This document shows, one piece after another, positions 25,826-39,735 of a stretch of DNA of 64,000 bases (the stretch's first letter is position 1; each line of letters starts with the position of its first letter). The position numbers and the translations under genes were made by a program. Origin of the DNA: Malacoraja senta (taxonomy: Eukaryota); the NCBI GenBank assembly GCA_038087875.1, contig CM075999.1, positions 2,978,001 to 3,042,000 of the forward strand, read 5' to 3'. The notes beneath the pieces were generated by a model. It saw nothing but the letters and a program-made list of their open reading frames with translations, ran no database searches and had not been told where the DNA came from.

Positions 25826-26321
25826 CATCTCAACTCAGTGAACCAGATTGGTTTTTAGGCGAATCTTTGTTTAAAAAATCAAACATTTTTTTTATTTTTT
25901 ATTTTTTTTTTAAAATATTTTATTTTATTAGAAGTACATTACATTACAACCACATACATTAGTACTTGTCATTTATATCTTCTTACAATTAATGTACTCC
26001 ATTCATTTTTTACACTAGAAAAGGAAAAGATTGAAAGAAAGAAGAAAGTGAAGGAAAAAGTGAAAGTGTAGGAAATGTGACAACAAAAAAGGACGAAGAC
26101 CCTATAAGAACAAAATTAAAAACATTTTTTTATTTAACTAATTGAATTTGAATTCATGTTCATACGTTGTTGGAGCAGAATTAGGCCATTCGGCCCATCG
26201 AGTCTGCACCGCCATTCAATCATGGCTGATTTACCTTTCCCTCTCAATCCCATTCTCCTGCCTTCTCCCCATAACCCTTGATGCACGCCGCACTAATCAA
26301 GAATCTATCAATCTCCACCTT

Positions 26322-26681
26322 AAGGGTTTGGACACGCTAGAGGCAGGAATCATGTTCCCGATGTTGGGGGAGTCCAGAACCAGGGGACACAGTTTAAGAA
26401 TAAGGGGTAAGACGTTTGGAACACAGATGAGGAAACACTTTTTCACACAGAGAGTGGTGAGTCTGTGGAATTCTCTGCCTCAGAGGGCGGTGGAGGCGGG
26501 TTCTCTGGATACTTTCAAGAGAGAGCTAGATAGGGTTCTTAAAAATAGCGGAGTCAGGGGATATGGGGGAGAAGGCAGGAATGGGGTACTGATTGTGGAT
26601 GATCAGCCATGATCACATTGAATGGCGGTGCTGGCTCGAAGGGCCGACTGGCCTACTCCTGCACCTATTGTCTATTGCCTA
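26322..26681 (+). mobile_element. CR1 3' fragment
   Basis: GLDTLEAGIMFPMLGESRTRGHSLRIRG...; (CTATTGT)n tail. Confidence 0.85.
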
Positions 26682-26889
26682 TTAAACATATCCAACTAGA
26701 GAGCGTTCCTGAACCACTGTCTACCCCATTAGAAACCATCTTGGATCAGACTTTACTTGCTTTGTCTTGCACTAAAGTTCTTCACTAAAAATATCCATTG
26801 ACAGCCTTCTATGGCAATGAATTCCACAGATTCACCACCCTCTGACTAATTCCTCACAGGAGATTTAAACTCTGTCTCTGAGTCAAGAT

Positions 26890-27312
26890 AGGTCTTTATT
26901 CTTTGGAGCGCAGAAGGTTAAGGGGGGTCTTGATAGAGGTCTTTAAAATTATGAGAGGGATAGACAGAGTTGACGTGGATAAGCTTTTTTCCATTGAGAG
27001 TAGGGAAGATTCAAACAAGGGGACATGACTTGAGAATTAAGGGACAAAGGTTTAGGGGTAACATGAGGGGGAACTTCTTTACTCAGAGAGTGGTAGCTGT
27101 GTGGAATGAGCTTCCAGTGGAAGTGGTGGAGGCAGGTTCGATTTTATCATTTAAAAATTAATTGGATGGGTATATGGACGGGAAAGGAATGGACGGTTAT
27201 GGTCTGAGTGCAGGTAGATGGGACTAGGTGAGAGTAAGTGTTCGGCACGGACTAGAAGGGCCGAGATGGCCTGTTTCCGTGCTGTAATTGTGATATGGTT
27301 ATATGGTTATAT
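26890..27312 (+). mobile_element. CR1 3' fragment, distinct subfamily (also seen at 44365-44476)
   Basis: QTRGHDLRIKGQRFRGNMRGNFFTQRVVAVWNELP; (ATATGGTT)n tail. Confidence 0.8.
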
Positions 27313-27374
27313 AGTCAGTTAACCACCGCACTGTATTGCCTTCACTCATCCCTGGAAGCGCTAAGTAAATCCTT

Positions 27375-27576
27375 GTTCAAGAAGGAACTGCAGATGCTGG
27401 AAAATTGAAGGTAGACAAAATTGCTGGAGAAACTCAGCGGGTGCGGCAGCATCTATGGGGCGAAGGAAATAGGCAACGTTTCGGCCCGAAACCCTTTGGC
27501 GAAACGTTGCCTATTTCCTTCGCTCCATAGATGCTGCCGCACCCGCTGAGTTTCTCCAGCAATTTTGTCTACCCTG
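27375..27576. mobile_element. Penelope pLTR fold-back insertion
   Basis: 74-bp arms (27410-27483 and 27500-27573, 1 mismatch); TSD GTAAATCCTT at 27365-27374 and 27577-27586. Confidence 0.85.
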
Positions 27577-28021
27577 GTAAATCCTTTGTGGCTTTGCTCT
27601 AAGTCCTTCACACCCTTCTTTTAAAGCTCGATGACTAAATTGGGAACAATCTTCAGTCCCGGTTGAACTAAGACCAACACAAGACCAACGTGACTTACAC
27701 CCGTTAGTTCACAGTAAGTGTTGTAAAGGGAAAGAGATAAGAGCTGAGGAATAATACCAAGAGGTTGCTCTACCTAAATCCCAGCACAGACTTGTTAAAT
27801 CCTTTATCTTTCTTCTAAGCTGTGAAAAGCCACAACTGCACCTGAGTAAATACAAGAAAAAACCTGTTCAAAAAGACTGAGGTTTTTCAAGTTTTTATTA
27901 GCCCATGAATCTATCTTAGAACGTAGAACATAGAAAACAGTACAGAAGATATAGAGCTAGCGTAACTCAGTGGGTCAGGCAGCATCACTGGAGGAAAAGG
28001 AAGGGTGACATTTCGGGTCGG

Positions 28022-28449
28022 GACAATAGACAATAGACAATAGGTGCAGGAGTAGGCCATTCGGCCCTTTGAGCCAGCACCGCCATTCAATGTGATCATG
28101 GCTGATCATCCACAATCAGTACCCCGTTCCTGCCTTCTCCCCATATCCCCTGACCCCGCTATCTTTAAGAGCCCTATCCAGCTCTCTCTTGAAAGCATCC
28201 AGAGAACCGGCCTCCACCGCCCTCTGAGGCAGAGAATTCCACAGACTCACCACTCTCTGTGAGAAAAAGTGTTTCCTCGTCTCCGTTCTAAATGGCTTAC
28301 TCCTTATTCTTAAACTGTGGCCCCTGGTTCTGGACTCCCCCAACATCGGGAACATGTTTCCTGCCTCTAGCGTGTCCAAACCCTTAACAATCTTACATGT
28401 TTCAATAAGATCCCCTCTCATCGTTCTAAACTCCAGAGTGTACAAGCCC
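28022..28449 (-). mobile_element. CR1 3' fragment
   Basis: ORF 28116-28457 is the CR1 ORF2 C-terminus. Confidence 0.88.
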
Positions 28450-28633
28450 TTCTTCAAAACAAACAGCTAAGGCAAAGCTTGTTATCTCCTCCATAGGATG
28501 GTATCAAACTCAGGCTCAGAACTTCTTCATAGCATGCAATGGTTCTCATTTTGGTTGGCTATGGGGAGGAGGAAGCCATGTAGTATTGGAGCTTAAATAG
28601 AGGAAAGTATGGCGACAGGTGAATTAAATGGAT

Positions 28634-28932
28634 GGCACGGTGGCGCATTGGTGGAGTTGCTGCCTCACAGCGCCAGAGACCCGGGTTCAATTCTGACTGT
28701 GCTGTGCTGTCGGTACGGAGTTTGTACGATCTCCCTGTGACCGCGTGGGTTTTCTCCGGGTGCTCCGGTTTCACCCCACACTCCAAAGACGTACAGAGTT
28801 GTAGGTTAATTGGCTTCTGTAAATTGTCCCTAGTGTGTAGGGATAGCAGCAGTGAATGGCTGATCGCAGGTCGGAGCAGACTCGGTGGGCCGAAGGGCCT
28901 GTTTCCATGCGGTATCTCTAAAACTATACTAA
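28634..28932 (+). mobile_element. V-SINE
   Basis: Head, core and tail. Confidence 0.85.
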
Positions 28933-29407
28933 ATTTGAAGTTTTGCCTGATTTCCTTTGAGGGCTTTGAAGAATTGATGCCCTATTGTATCCCAAGGAGG
29001 CAGGCATTAAAAAAACTGCTGCAATGGTGAACAGTTGTGAAAGCTTTTCTACCGCCAGCGTGATACGGAGCAAAATTGTTGACATCAAGTGATGAAAACT
29101 GCTTACAACGCACAATTGGGAAGGCGCCTATTTTTTCTGAAGGCACTGAAAGGTTATTTGTATCCTCCAGTCACTTGCAATGGACCAGTTCACTGGATGA
29201 GGCCATTATATCATTCTGTCTTGCTGCCAGGTGCAGAATAAAACAGTAAACCTTTCTCTACTCTCCCAACTATCATTCCACAGATTCGCAGAGAACATCC
29301 TGCAGCCACCGCAATGAAGAGTAAGCTAGGCTCGAAGATTTAGACGTTAGACGTTACAGCGCGGCAACAGGTCCTCCAACTGCGACCGTGACTGCGCCGT
29401 ACACTAA

Positions 29408-29645
29408 AGGGCCTGTCCCACTTGCCGATTTTTTTCGGCGACTGCCGGCATCATTGACTGACGTATCAGGTCACCGAAACATTCACGCCGTGATGCAGCG
29501 TGATGACGTATCGACGAGCGGTGTTTTTTCAAGTGTCGCGACATTTTTTGTGTCGCCACTGGATTTTGAAATGTTCAAAATCTTTTGCCGATTCTGATAT
29601 GACGCCGGCAGTCGCCGAAAAAATCCGCCAAGTGGGACAGGCCCT
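29408..29645. mobile_element. Harbinger-type MITE nested in a V-SINE (29340-29877, minus)
   Basis: TIRs; TAA/TGA flanks. Confidence 0.75.
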
Positions 29646-30404
29646 TGACACTGTCCTACACACACTGGGGACAATTTACAGTTTTCACCAAAGCCAGTAA
29701 ACCTACAAACCTGTACGTCTTTGGAGCGCGGGAGGAAACCGGAACGCCCGGAGCAAACCCACGCAGTTCACGGGGAGAAGGTGCAAACTCCGTACCGACA
29801 GCACCCGTGGTCAGGATCGAACCTGGGTCTCTGGCGCTGTGAGGCAGCAACTCTACCGCTGTGTCACTGTGCCGCACGATCTCAAGGGGAAGTGGTACAC
29901 ATAATCTTTTGCCTAGCTCTTTTTGAAGTGCCTACAATTTGGAAAAAAAAAAGGCAGCCCAACGCGTGATAAAAGATGATTGCAGCTCATTAAAGCATCA
30001 TTATTTATTTTTACAACTCTTCAGAAGAGCAAATTGAAAACTTATCGCACACATTTTCAAATGACAACAAACGACATTCTAGTATCAGTTCATTTATATT
30101 CCATCATTAATGGGTAAACATAATTGGATCCTGTGCAGTCAAGAGCATTTGAAGGACAGATTAATGCAGGCTGGTTGCAAGGTACAGTGGATGCTTGTTC
30201 TTGGCAACAGGATTAAGTGTTTTCCCTTTTTAAGCAGATGTACGGTGGTGCTGGGACTAAGATGAGGGAGCAGTAACGTGGAGATGTGCAGGAAGGAACT
30301 GCAGATGCTGGTTTACACCGAAGATGGACACAAGACTGCCGGAGTGACAACGGGACAGGCAGCATTTCTGGAGAGAAGGAATGGGTGACGTTTCGGGTCG
30401 AGGC

Positions 30405-30985
30405 AATAGACAATAGACAATAGGTGCAGGAGTAGGCCATTTGGCCCTTCGAGCCAGCACCGCCTTTCAATGTGATCATGGCTGATCATCCCCAATCAGT
30501 ACCCCGTTCCTGCCTTCTTCCCATATCCCCTGACTCCACTATTTTTAAGAGCCCTATCTAGCTCTCTCTTGAAAGCATCCAGAGAACCTGCCTCCACCGC
30601 CCTCTGAGGCAGAAAATTCCACAGACTCACCACTGTCTGTGAGAAAAAGTGTTTCCTCGTCTCCGTTCTAAATGGCTTACTCCTTATTCTTAAACTGTGG
30701 CCCCTGGTTCTGGACTCCCCCAACATCGGGAACATGTTTGTCCAAGCCCTTAACAATCTTATATGTTTCAATGAGATATCCTCTCATCCTTCTAAACTCC
30801 AGAGTGTACAAGCCCAGCTGCTCCATTCTCTCAGCATATGACAGTCCCGCCATCCCTGGAATTAACCTTGTAAACCTACGCTGCACTCCCTCAATAGCAA
30901 GAATGTCCTTCCTCAAATTAGGGGACCAAAACTGCACACAATATTCCAGGTGTGGTCTCACTAGGGCTCTGTACAACTGCAGAAG
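30405..30985 (-). mobile_element. CR1 ORF2 C-terminal fragment
   Basis: YRALVRPHLEYCVQFWSPNLRKDILAIEGVQRRFTRLIPG. Confidence 0.9.
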
Positions 30986-31404
30986 GAGAGTTTCCTCAGA
31001 CTGAAGAAGAAGGGTCTCGACCCGATATGTCGCCCATTCCTTCTATCCAGAGATGCTGCCTGCCCTGTTGAGCTACTCCAGTAATGTGGAGATGTCAACA
31101 AGTTTAGATTATTTTATTTTATTTTATTTTATTGCCACGCGTACCAAGGTACAGTGTAAAGCTTTTTTGTTGTGTGTTATCCAGTCAGCAGAAAGACATA
31201 ACATGATTACAATCAAGCCTGCTCCAGTGCTATGGTAGAACTCTCATAGAGTGATACAGCGTGGAAACAGGCCCTTCGGCCCAACTTCCCCATACCGACC
31301 AACATGTCCCGTCTACACTCGTTCCACCTGCCTGCGTTTGGCCCATATCCCTCTAAACCTGTCCTATCCATGTACCTGTCTAAATGTTTCTTAAACATTG
31401 TGAC

Positions 31405-31830
31405 AGTAAGTAAGTAAGTAAGTAAGTTTATTGGCCAAGTATTCACATACAAGGAATTTGCCTTGGTGCTCCGCCCACAAGTAACAACATGACATACAGT
31501 GATAGTTACAAATGACTCAGAAAACACTAAACATTAATAATAATAAGACATTAATGATAAAACACCATTGATCAAGCATGTGAACCAACAAAATACCAGA
31601 TCAAAGGGAGGCTACAGATTTTTGGCTGTTGAGTAGAGCAACTACTCGTGGATAAAAACACTTTTTATGTCTGGCTGTGGCAGCTTTGACAGTCCGGAGT
31701 CGCCTTCCGGAGGGAAGTGATTCAAAGAGTTTGTGGCCAGGGTGAGAGTGGTCAGAGATGATCTTGCCCGCTCGCTTCCTGGCCCTTGCAGTGTAAAGTT
31801 CATCAACGGAGGGAATACAGTTCATTACAG
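31405..31830 (-). mobile_element. Rex1/Babar-like LINE 3' fragment with (CTTA)n tail
   Basis: ORF 31601-31825; near-identical to 52026-52331. Confidence 0.75.
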
Positions 31831-32671
31831 TTCATCAACGGAGAACCAGCCTCAACTACCTTTTCTGGCAGCTCGTTCTACACACCCGCCACCCTTCGTA
31901 TAAAAATATTGTCCCTCAGATTCCGCAGTTCCTTCCTGCACTACTCTTCCGGCAGTAGTGTATGGGGTTATGGGGAGAAGGCAGGAGAATGGGGTTAGGA
32001 GGTAGTTCAGCCATGATTGAATGGCGGAGTAGACTCGATGGGCCGAATGGCCTGCTCCTGCTCCTATCATTTATGATGTTTTGATCAAAGAAATAAGCAT
32101 GGACTGGATCACAAATGCATGAACCAACAGTGAATTAGCTTCGGTACAGGGACATGCATTGTCGGCTGTTTAATGTCCAAGAGCAAAGTCACCTGCAGTC
32201 AGCACTTTAGCTCATTCACACGTACAACCTGTTCAAAATCCAGGAACTTATTGGAATTAAATGTTCTTTTGGGCACAGGTTGCAGTGATTCCTGTTAATA
32301 TGTAATAGGTGCTGAATTATAATTGTCCTTGAGGGGAGGGGAAAGAAGATCGCTGAGAAAACAAAAAGTTTTGCAGTATTTTCCAGATGATTTATTTGAT
32401 AAATCAACAGAAATATTTATACTGTCAGCTCACAGGATGTGGCCTCATTACAGACTTTGATAGTTTATGATATAGCTCTAACCCGAACGGTGATATTTCC
32501 AAAAACTCACTTCACTCCAGAAGAAGGTACTTTTTGTACAGTGCTTCATGTAAAACCCAAATTATCCATTTTTAAATCTGAGGTCACTATTTTTTCCAGC
32601 GAGCAGCAAGAATTATGATTTCATAAACCTCCCCACAGAGTCGATACTTAATTTTTTTTGCAGGAGACCGA

Positions 32672-32918
32672 AGGGCCTGTCCCACTTGCCGATTTTTTTC
32701 GGCGACTGCCGGCGTCATATCCGTGTCGCCAAAAGATTTTGAACATTTCAAAATCCAGCGGTGACAAAAAAAAATGTCGTGACACTTGAAAAAACACCGC
32801 GCGTCATACGTCATCGCGCCGCGTCACGCTGCATCACGGCGCGTATTTTTTAGTGACCTAATACATCAGTCAATGATGCCGGCAGTCGCCGAAAAAATTG
32901 CCAAGTGGGACAGGCCCT
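32672..32918. mobile_element. Harbinger-type MITE
   Basis: ~40-bp near-perfect TIRs; CGA/TGA flanks. Confidence 0.78.
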
Positions 32919-32919
32919 T

Positions 32920-33462
32920 GAGAGTCACGGGAAAGGGAAACGAGAGATATAGACGGCGATAGAGAGAGATATAGAACAAATGAATGAGAGATACGCAAAA
33001 CTAGTAGCAATGATCAAGGAAACAGGCCATTGTTAGCTGTGGGAAGTCAGCGGGTGCGGCAGCATCTATGGAGCGAAAGAAATAGGCAACGTTTCGTCCC
33101 GAAACCCGCAGAGTTTCTCCAGCATTTTTGTCCACCTTCGATTTTCCAGCATCTGCAGTTCCTTTTTAAACATTGTTAGCTGTGGACTAGGTGAAAATGA
33201 GTTACAGACAATGAGACCCAACAAGATGACTTTGAAGCTAATACGACTTGGGTGGGGGAGGGACGGAGAGAGAGGGAAAGCAAGGGTTACTTGAAGATGG
33301 AGAAATCAATGTTCATACCGCTGGGGTGTAAGCTGCCCGTGAAATATGTGGTGCTGTTCCTCCAATTTGAGCTAGGCCTCACTCTGACAGTGGAGGAGGC
33401 CCAGGACAGAAAGGTCAGTGTGGGAATGGGAGGAGGAGTTGAAGTGCTTGGCAACCGGGAGA
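32920..33462 (-). mobile_element. Penelope-like element: degraded GIY-YIG endonuclease C-terminus plus pLTR
   Basis: LPVAKHFNSSSHSHTDLSVLGLLHCQSEA*LKLEEQH..., followed by the pLTR shared with the many short copies. Confidence 0.75.
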
Positions 33463-34870
33463 AAATGCCTGAATGTTTCTAACCAGGGGAGTCTCAGAAA
33501 AGAAAATTCAAGAACCCCTTGAATTAGCAGGTGGAGTTGCTGCCTCACAGCGCCAGGTTCGATCCTGAGCACGGGTGCTGTCTGTACGGAGTTTGCACGG
33601 TGGTTTTGCATCTCGGTCACAAAGACCCGCAGAGCTTCACACCTGCACGCACGTATAATAGAAACATAGAAACATAGAAAATAGGTGCAGGAGGAGGCCA
33701 TTCGGAACGGGGTACTGATTGGGGATGATCAGCCATGATCACATTGAATGGCGGTGCTGGCTCGAAGGGCCAAATGGCCTACTCCTGCACCTATTGTCTA
33801 TGGTCTATTGTCTGTTGACAGGTTTGGAGGGATATGGACTAACTGCGGGCAGGTGGGACTAGTGTGGCTGGGACATGTTGGGCGGTGTGGGCAAGTTGGG
33901 CTGAAGGGCCTGTTTCCAAGCTGTATCACTCTACGACTCTGTGATACAATCCGATCACACAGTCCCGACTTATTTGTCCTGGGTTCTATATTTATATGGA
34001 TTTCCCTAAGCAAATTTCTGAGCAATGTTTTCCATTAATCTAATGCTTACCCTCCGTCCCAGTCGGCATGAAAAGGACTTTGTTTTTCTGCAGACATATA
34101 TTTGCACAATGCAGGAAACTGAAATAAAAAACAAGGTTCACTGAAGGCTGTTTACATCAACCATATAAAGACACTTCACGTTGCAAGGGGAACGATTGAC
34201 TCAAGGTCACTTGAGACGCATCTAAATCCAACAGAACGTTATACGACTGCATAGGTAAACATGGATCTTGGACTGAGCTGTTACATCATCATTCCATTCC
34301 CACTGGACTAGTGTTTTGTTTCCTTGCGTCGATGAAAACTGTCTGATACTGCCTGGCTTCCTCACCTCGTCTCAACACCAAGCATAGCTCCCTCTCTGGA
34401 GTCTTACCCAAGTGACTGGACTGAAAATACCAACCCAAGTCAAGGCTAATATGGGGAATCGGATCCGTCCTTGCCTTAAGTTTAGTTTAGTTGGTGGAGT
34501 ATTGCATCGTGAGAGATCTTTTTTTATTTTGTGAGTTTCAAGTTCCTTCAGGGATATGGGGAGAAAACAGGAACGGGGTACTGATTGTGGATGATCAGCC
34601 ACGATCATATTGAATGGCGGTGCTGGCTCGCAGGGCCGAATGGCCTACTCCTGCACCTATTTTCTATGTTTTCCTCAAATATTCCTAAATATTCCTATGT
34701 AAATAGAAAATATTCCAACTTTAGTTTAGTTTAGTTTAGAGATGCAGCGTGGAAACAGGCCCTTCACCAACTTCTGACTAATGAAATTCCTCCTTGTTTC
34801 CTTCCCAAAGTTAATCCCTTCTTGTGAGCATCTTATCCAACAGTGAGGAATATACTTTAGTCTAGGTTAA

Positions 34871-35075
34871 AGGAAATGTCCCACTTTCACGACCTAATTC
34901 ACGACCTCTGCCGAGTTTGCCCTTGACTCATACTCGTCACGAGGTCGTAGGAGGTCGTGATGCTAGTCGTAGGTACTCGTGGCATCAAGTAGATCGGGGC
35001 GTTTTTTCAACATGATGAAAAATGTCCACGGGTAAAAAAGGTCGTGAATTAGGTCGTGAAAGTGGGACTGGCCCT
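34871..35075. mobile_element. Harbinger-type MITE, second subfamily
   Basis: TIR GTCCCACTTTCACGACCTAATTCACGACC with a different interior; same terminal motif. Confidence 0.65.
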
Positions 35076-35916
35076 TTAGAGATTCAGCGCGGAAACAGGC
35101 CCTTCGGCCCACCGAGTCCGCACTGACCACCGGTGCCAGTACACTAACGCTATCCTACACACACTGGGGACAATTTACAATTTTACTGAAGCCAATTAAC
35201 CTACAAACTTGTACGTCTTTGGAGTGCGGGAGGAAACCGAAGATCTCGGAGAAAACCCACTCAGGTCACGGGGAGAACGTACAAACTCCGTACAGACAGC
35301 ACCCGTAGTCAGGATCGAACCTGGGTCTCTGGGGCTGTGAGGCAGCAACTCTACCGCTGCGTCACCGTGCAACCTACCCATTACTCTATTATCCATAGGA
35401 GAAAGACAACCACTTCAACAAGTCGATCACAAGATCAGATTTCCACATCTGGAACTGCTGGGGGTAGAGGGCACTTCTTGCGTTACCCTCTGAAACACAT
35501 GCTTTGTGAATTGAAGGTAGACAAAAACGCTGGAGGAAACTCAGCAGGTGAGGCAGCGTCTATGGAGCAAAGGAAATAGGCGACGTTTCGGGCGGAAACC
35601 CTTCTTCAGACTGAGGTGAGGGTGGGGGGGGGGGCGGATGGGAAGAAGAAAGGAAGAGGTGGAGCCAGTGGGCTGAGGGAGAGCTGGGAAGGGGAGGGGA
35701 AAGTAGGGACTACCTGAAATTAGAGAAGTCATTGTTCATACTGCTGGGGTGCAAACTGTTCCCAGTTCAGACCTAACCCGGATTTGAAGGTGCCTTTCAG
35801 GAATTGAAGCATTTTACAGGCTAAGTAGTCCGTTGCCATTGTAGGCACCCTTGTGGCCCTTGTGTTGCTTAGCTGAATCTGAAATGTGTTTTTGATAAGG
35901 AAATGTAAACAGGATT

Positions 35917-36364
35917 AGACAATAGACAATAGGTGCAGGAGTAGGCCATTCGGCCCTTCGAGCCAGCACCGCCATTCAATGTGATCATGGCTGATCATCC
36001 CCAATCAGTACCCCGTTCCTGCCTTCTCCCCATATACCCTGACTCCGCTATCTTTAAGAGCCCTATCTAACTCTCGCTTGAAAGCATCCAGAGAATCGGC
36101 CTCCACCACCCTCTGAGGCAGAGAATTCCACAGATTCACAACTCTCTGGGTGAAAAAGTGTTTCCTCATCTCCCTTCTAAATGGCTTACCCCTTATTCTT
36201 AAACTGTGGCCCCTGGTTCTGGACTCCCCCAACCTCGGGAACATGTTTCCTGCCTGTAGCGTGTCCAAAACCTTAATAATCTTATATGTTTCAATAAGAT
36301 TCCCTCTCATCCTTCTAAATTCCAAAGTATAGAAGCCCAGCTGCTCCATTCTCTCGGCATATGA
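35917..36364 (-). mobile_element. CR1 3' fragment
   Basis: ORF 36005-36451. Confidence 0.88.
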
Positions 36365-36656
36365 CCTCGGCTGCTGTCTGTGTGGAGTTTGCATGTTCTC
36401 CCTGTGACCGCGTGGGTTTCCGCCGGGTGCTCCTGATTTCTCCCATATCACAACGAAATGCAGGTTTGTAGGTTAATTTCCCCTCTGTAAAAATTGCCCC
36501 TAGTGTGTAGGCGGGAGTGGATGGGAAAATAGGGTCACATAGAACGAGTGTGAATGGGTGATCGATGGTCGGCGTGGGCTGAAGGGCCTGTTCCCATGCT
36601 GTATCACTATATAGAACTAGACTAGACTAAACTAAAGTGAATTAAACTAAATTAAG

Positions 36657-37000
36657 CTGCGCAGCGGTAGAGTTGCTGCCTCACAGCGCCAAAGACCCGG
36701 GTTTGATCCTGACTACGGGTGCTGTCTGTGCGGAGTTTGTACGTTCTTCCCGTGACCGCGTGCCTTTTCTCCGGGTGCTCCGGTTTCCTCCCGCACTCCA
36801 AAGACGTGCAGGTTTGCAGGTTAATTGACTTCTGTAAATTGTAAATTGTCTCTAGTCTATAGGATACTGCTATCGTAAAGGGCGATCGTTGGTCAGCACG
36901 GACTCGGTGGGCCGAAGGGCCTGATTCCATACTGCACCTCTAAAGTCTAAAGTCTAACCTAAAGTAAACTAAACTAAACTAAATTAAACTAAAATAAACT
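36657..37000 (+). mobile_element. V-SINE (a second, head-less copy lies at 36370-36650)
   Basis: Head, core, tail and (TAAAC)n. Confidence 0.85.
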
Positions 37001-37359
37001 TAACTCAGCTCAGTGCTATTCCAACCTATATTTCATTTCCTAATCTTCGTTAAACAGATTACAAAAAAATTATAAAACACGTTTTATGCATCCAATGGAC
37101 TGTCAACTAAATTGCTGGCGATGCAGCACAACAATGTATTTTTTCCGCACATTCTCTTGTCCAAAGGTTGAAGCCTTGTGTGTCATTGGGTTCCCACTCC
37201 TTGAATCTAGACATTGGACCATGGCAGAATATGGCACCCTAACAACAATGACAGCAAAGCAACGCTGGAATCTACTCGTATCCAACCTGAAACATCACCT
37301 GTGTAGGAAGAAAAAGTTTTCCCTCATCTCAGTCCTAATAATAATAATAATAAAAATAA

Positions 37360-37800
37360 TAATATATCTTTATTGTCATTGCACAGAGGTACAACGAGAT
37401 TTGGAATGCAACTTCCATCCGATGTAACTTAATTAGATAAAAATTTAGACACCCAGAGAAACAAGATTTAAAAAACAGGGCCGGTTCAGAGCAGCTATAG
37501 CTCTGGGGATGAAGCTGTTCCTGAGTCTGGAGGTGCGGGTGTAGAAGGCCTTGTAACATCCGCCGGATGGTAGAGGTTCGAACAGACTATTGCAAGGGTG
37601 TGAGGAGTCTTTGTGGATGCTGACGGCCTTCCTGAGGCACCGTGAATTGTAGATGCCCTCCAAGGCTGGTAGCTGTGTCCCAATTATCATCTGCGCTCTA
37701 TGGACAACCCGCTGAAGAGCTCTCCTCTCCGCCTCCGTGCAGCTGAGATACCACACAGAGATAGATGCCATATGTTAGGATGCTCTCTGTAGTGCAGCGG
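37360..37800 (-). mobile_element. Rex1/Babar-like LINE ORF C-terminus
   Basis: SISVWYLSCTEAERRALQRVVHRAQMIIG...HPCNSLFEPLPSG. Confidence 0.75.
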
Positions 37801-39067
37801 TCAACAACTTATTCTTAGGTAGACAATAACGCTGGAGAAACTCAGTGGATGAGGCCGCATCTATGGAGCGAAGGAATAGGTGACGTTTTGGGTCGAGGCC
37901 CTTCTCCTTCTCGAGACCCCTTATTCTTAAACTGTGACCCCTGGTTCTGGCTCCCCTCAACATGGCGAACACCTTCCTGCATCTAGCCTGTCCAATCCCT
38001 TAATCTTTTGAACAGAATAATCCCTTCAGGCCGTTGTAGCAAGCTGCATCAAACACACAGATCTCTCTCACAAGGTCAATTCACAGTGACCAAGCACAGG
38101 ATGTGATACTGTTCTTAGTGGAAACCAATTGAAGATGTAATCTTGGATCTGATTAAATTCCACTCTTTCCCTGAAGTCTTGGAAACCTCTTCCTAATAGA
38201 TTCGGCATTTAACAGTTTTGAATTGAAATTTGGATTATCCAGTTAATATTAAGGTAGGCTTTACACAACGCAATTCTGAAAAAGGATAAATTGTTTCTAC
38301 ATTAGGAATTCCAGTCACGAACCGCGTTCATTATTTTTCGTCCCTTTTGCAGTCATCTTGTTCATTGAATCATTTTTATATTTCTGACTGCTGTTTAAAT
38401 CCCATTTCCACTTCACACAATCCTTTTTATTCCTGTCTGTGAATTTTGAACTGCCAGGTTAATAACATGAACTGAGGATCTGCCTGCCTGGTTTGTACAC
38501 ATTCTAATCTGCTCCAGATATCTTTGTGCTTTCAAACGCGTCAGGCACTCCTCGCTGGTCTTTTCTTCTTAAATGACAAAGGCAAGATTGAGAACGGTGA
38601 TTAAAATCGGGGGGGGGGGGGGGGAAGGAAAAAGAAAGCCCAATTTTATTCAGTGTGCTTATGACTGTGCAAGGTTGTTTAGTTTAGAGATGCAGCATGG
38701 AAACAGGCCGAATCCACGCCGACCATCGATCGACCGTTCCACCTTATCCCACTTTCTCATCCACTCCTTGCACACTAGGGGAAATTTGCGGAGGGTCGAT
38801 TAACCTACAAACCCGCGCGTCCTTGGGACGTGGGAAGAAAACCCACCTGGTCGCAGGGAGAACGCGCAAACTCCGTACAGACAGCACCCGAGGTCGGGAT
38901 CGAACCAGGGTCTCTGGAGCTGTGAGAGAACAATTCTACCATTATGCCGCCCCATTGCTCTGCGAGCAAGACACATGAAGAGTTGGATAAACTTAGCTGG
39001 TCAGGCAGCATCTGAGGAGGGGAATGGATAGACGACGTTTCGGGCCACGACCCTTCTTTAGACTTTG

Positions 39068-39180
39068 CATTGATGACTGCATGGCTGCTGTCTCCTGCAA
39101 CTGCGCAGAACATTGATTTCATCAACTTTACCACTAACTTTCAACCTGCCCTCAAATTCACTTGGACTTGGACTATCTCT
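39068..39180 (+). mobile_element. Penelope reverse-transcriptase fragment
   Basis: IDDC...DFINFTTNFQPALKFTWT (catalytic xIDD region), next to a pLTR. Confidence 0.65.
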
Positions 39181-39205
39181 GGTACCTTGAGGTTAGACTT
39201 TAGAC

Positions 39206-39735
39206 TTCAAGTCAAGAGAGTTTATTGTCATGTGTCCCAGATAGGACAATGACATTCTTGCTGGCTGCAGCACAACAGAACATTGTAGTCATAAATACAG
39301 AACAGTTCAGTGTATCTACATAGCATAGACCATATATACACACATAAATAAACAGTTAAAGTGCAATAGGCTGTTATAGTTCAGAGTTTGTTTGATGGCG
39401 AGTTTAATAGCCTGATGGCTGTGGGGAAGAAACTGTTCCTGAATCTGGATGATGCAGATTTCAGGCTCCTGTACCTTCTACCTGAAGGCAGTGGGGAGAT
39501 GAGTGTGTGGCCAGGATGGTGTGGGTCCTTGATGATGTTGGCAGCCTTTTTGAGGCAGCGACTGTGATAGACCCCTTCGATGGTGAGGAGGTCAGAGCCG
39601 ATGATGGACTGGGCAGTGGTCACAACATACCGCATTCTTTTCCGCTCCTAGACGTTCAAGTTGCCGAACCAAGCCACGATGCAACCAGTCAGCATGCTCC
39701 CTACTGTGCACCTGTAGAAGTTTGAGAGAGTCCTC
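39206..39735 (-). mobile_element. Rex1/Babar-like LINE 3' fragment
   Basis: ORF 39381-39635; same family as 5418-5842. Confidence 0.78.
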
